Below, piece by piece: positions 61,870-64,000 of a DNA stretch of 64,000 nucleotides. Position 1 is the first letter of the stretch. Each line of letters opens with the position of its first letter. Source of the DNA: Camelus ferus (taxonomy: Eukaryota); the NCBI RefSeq assembly GCF_009834535.1, contig NC_045697.1, forward strand, positions 77,502,001-77,566,000, read 5' to 3'. The notes under the pieces are model-generated. The model was not told the origin of the DNA, ran no database searches, and saw only the letters and a list, made by a program, of their open reading frames with translations. The position numbers and the translations under genes are program-made.

Positions 61870-62332
61870 CAGTCCTGGCCATGGTTCCTTATCTACCAAC
61901 CTTGAGTTGCATTCATGCTGCTGGGGGTTCCTACTTACTGGTCCCTGGGGTTTCTGACCCCCCAGCTTCACCTCACTGGTGCTCTAGCAACAGGCGTCCA
62001 GCCTGCCTGTCCATCCCACCTTTCCGTGCCTGCCAGTCTGGCAGCTATGGATCAGCCCTGGCCTGAAGCATCCCAGAGAACTTCTCCTCCATCTAATCAC
62101 TGGAATCACTCCTTGTCCAATGAAGCCTGCAGCCCAGCCCGGAAGGGAAGCCTCCTTTCCAAGTTTGTTCCCTCCTTGGGTACATTCACTTCAGCCCTAG
62201 GGTATTCCTTAGAGTTTTCTTTACCCTTGTGTAAGTTAATCTCTCATTGCTTGGAAATAATTCTCCATGTTAAAACTGTGCCTATTCAAATTACTGTGTG
62301 GTTCCTGGATCCTGACAGGACCCTGATCGATT
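61870..62332 (+). mobile_element. ERVL LTR fragment (LTR33-like)
   Basis: ctcctttccaagtttgttccctccttggg...ttcaaattactgtgtggttcc...cctgacaggaccctga, resembling the recalled LTR33-family 3' end. Confidence 0.6.
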
Positions 62333-62597
62333 TTCAGATTGCATCATAATTGCGTTATGCCAAAATCCTGATACTGAACTAAGTACAAGAATTCACCTCT
62401 GTCTTCTCAAGAATTTTTTTTATTACAGTATTCATACTTGAAGTCAGCTGTGGAGAAAAAAAGATCTTTTAGGATGGGTTGTAATAATATCTGAGCCTGA
62501 ATAGTGCATGCTCAGCTGAAAGATTTTTTTTCTTCCTCCCAAGGGTCTTGGCTGATCACGAATGAGTATCAAAAGCAGCAAACAAAAAACAAACCAT

Positions 62598-62716
62598 GGA
62601 GTGCAGTGGTAGAGTGCATGCTTAGCATGCACGAAGTCCTGGGTTCAACCCCCAGCACCTCCTCCACGAAGAAATAAACCTAATTATCTCTCTCCACCCC
62701 CCAAAGAAAAAAAAAA
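62598..62716 (+). mobile_element. tRNA-derived camelid SINE (Vic-1-like)
   Basis: cagtggtagagtgcatgcttagcatgcacgaagtcctgggttcaacccccagcacctcc with B box ggttcaacc, then aaataaacctaatta, a C-run and an A-tail. Confidence 0.85.
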
Positions 62717-62919
62717 TCACAAGAAAAATGTCAGAAAGAACTTTAGATTCCCCCTAAATTTATCCAGCCTCTTGCTCTCTCTTAGCCTGGAGAAGATATT
62801 TTTGTTGTTTACAGAATGTGCCATAATTAATAAGACTGTGAAGTTCTATAGACAAACTTCTGGAGGATCACAGGGAAGCATAAACAGAGGCTCTCTCACG
62901 CAGGAAAGAGAAAATAAGA

Positions 62920-63145
62920 AATAACAGTAATATTAGCTAACGTTTATTACTGTGTACCAAGTACTATGCTAACAGCTTTACAGGGATTAGCTCATTAATT
63001 CCTCACAGTCACTTTATGTGGTAGGTACCATTCTTATACCCTTTGCACAGATGAGGAAACTGAGGCACAGGATAGTCAAATAACTACCCTCGAAGCAGAT
63101 GGCAAAGCTGGGCAGTCTGATTCCAGAGCCTGTTTTCTGAAGTCC
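62920..63145 (-). mobile_element. MIR SINE
   Basis: ctcattaattcctcacag...tttgcacagatgaggaaactgaggcacag...gtctgattccagagcc. Confidence 0.85.
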
Positions 63146-64000
63146 TAGACAAGAACTTTTGCTAATCCAACCACTATGTTGCACAGTATTTTAAAATTTC
63201 CAGTGGAATTTAAGCAATGAATCCAATGGCTCAAACACAGTTCTGCCTGTTTTGTAATTATACAATGAAAAAGGACAAGGGCCTTCCCAATGCACACAAA
63301 CATTTACAACCACACACTAAACATACACAGAGGAGAAAGAAGACAGAGATCTAAAATGCTGTAGTTTACATCCACAACTACACACTAACAACTATTCATC
63401 CCTTCAACAAACAGGTAGCCCTCTCCCAGATCCTGGAATTTGCAAGGAGAACAGGCAAACGTAATTCTTCATCCTACAAAGCTTGTAGTCTACTGGAGAC
63501 GATTTTTCAGCAGTCCACAAATCACTAATCGTGTATTTCCTGTGGTGAGACGCCACATAAGGTAGACACGCTCAGAGCCATGAGACTGCAGCATGGGTTC
63601 CCTGACCTCTGTTTCCCAGGCAGAGGAAGTGGGCACATGGGAAGGCTCGGAGTCAGGAATAAACAGAGCAAACCTAAGAAATTATCGTGACTTTCTGCAG
63701 TTTGCCTGTTTAATTCAAAAAGCCAGTTTTCACTGGAAAGGAAAGGACTGGGTTTCAGTATGTTTGCATTTCACTATTTATTTATGTGGCAGGATGCCTG
63801 GGTTGAATTTAAGTGTGTCTTGGAGATGTCTGGACCTGTGGTGGGGCAGGTAATGGGGAGCCTGAAGGAGACCTCGGGGGCTTCTAGAAAAGGAACTCCA
63901 CCTGTGTCCTCTGCAATGATCAGACATATCAGGGCAAGTCTGGGGGGATGTGGTGGCCACAGGGGTCCGTTTACAGTGGGGCTGAGGACCTTCCAGGGAC

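Noticed and set aside
62598..62665. tRNA-like sequence
   Set aside because: It is the head of a SINE with an incomplete 5' end and a SINE tail, not a tRNA gene.
61000..64000. Possible distal 3' UTR of ELOVL6, the expected downstream neighbour on the - strand
   Set aside because: No ELOVL6 coding exon is recognisable and the region contains ordinary repeats; cannot be supported from sequence alone.

Overview
Mammalian genomic DNA, almost certainly camelid (Camelus/Vicugna/Lama), judging by a Vic-1-type tRNA-derived SINE and young L1 3' ends. Bases ~835-34700 hold the 3' half of EGF (pro-epidermal growth factor) on the + strand. I traced 13 coding exons, equivalent to human exons 12-24. All have GT-AG boundaries and join into one open frame of 1921 nt, ending MEVTQ-stop at 33884. 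The rest is intronic or intergenic and rich in L1, L2, MIR, hAT DNA transposons and MaLR/ERVL LTRs; most ORF-track entries are spurious. The main observation is the mature 53-aa EGF hormone, which is split over two exons and only partly visible in the ORF track. It reads [53 protein letters not shown]. That is about 28/53 identical to human EGF by my hand alignment to the recalled sequence, against about 88% for a precursor exon upstream. It carries Leu47->Phe, a hydrophobic/basic N-terminus resembling neuregulin or epiregulin, a new N-glycosylation sequon and loss of net negative charge, while all six cysteines and Arg41 are kept. Repeat family names and comparisons with human come from memory, not database searches.
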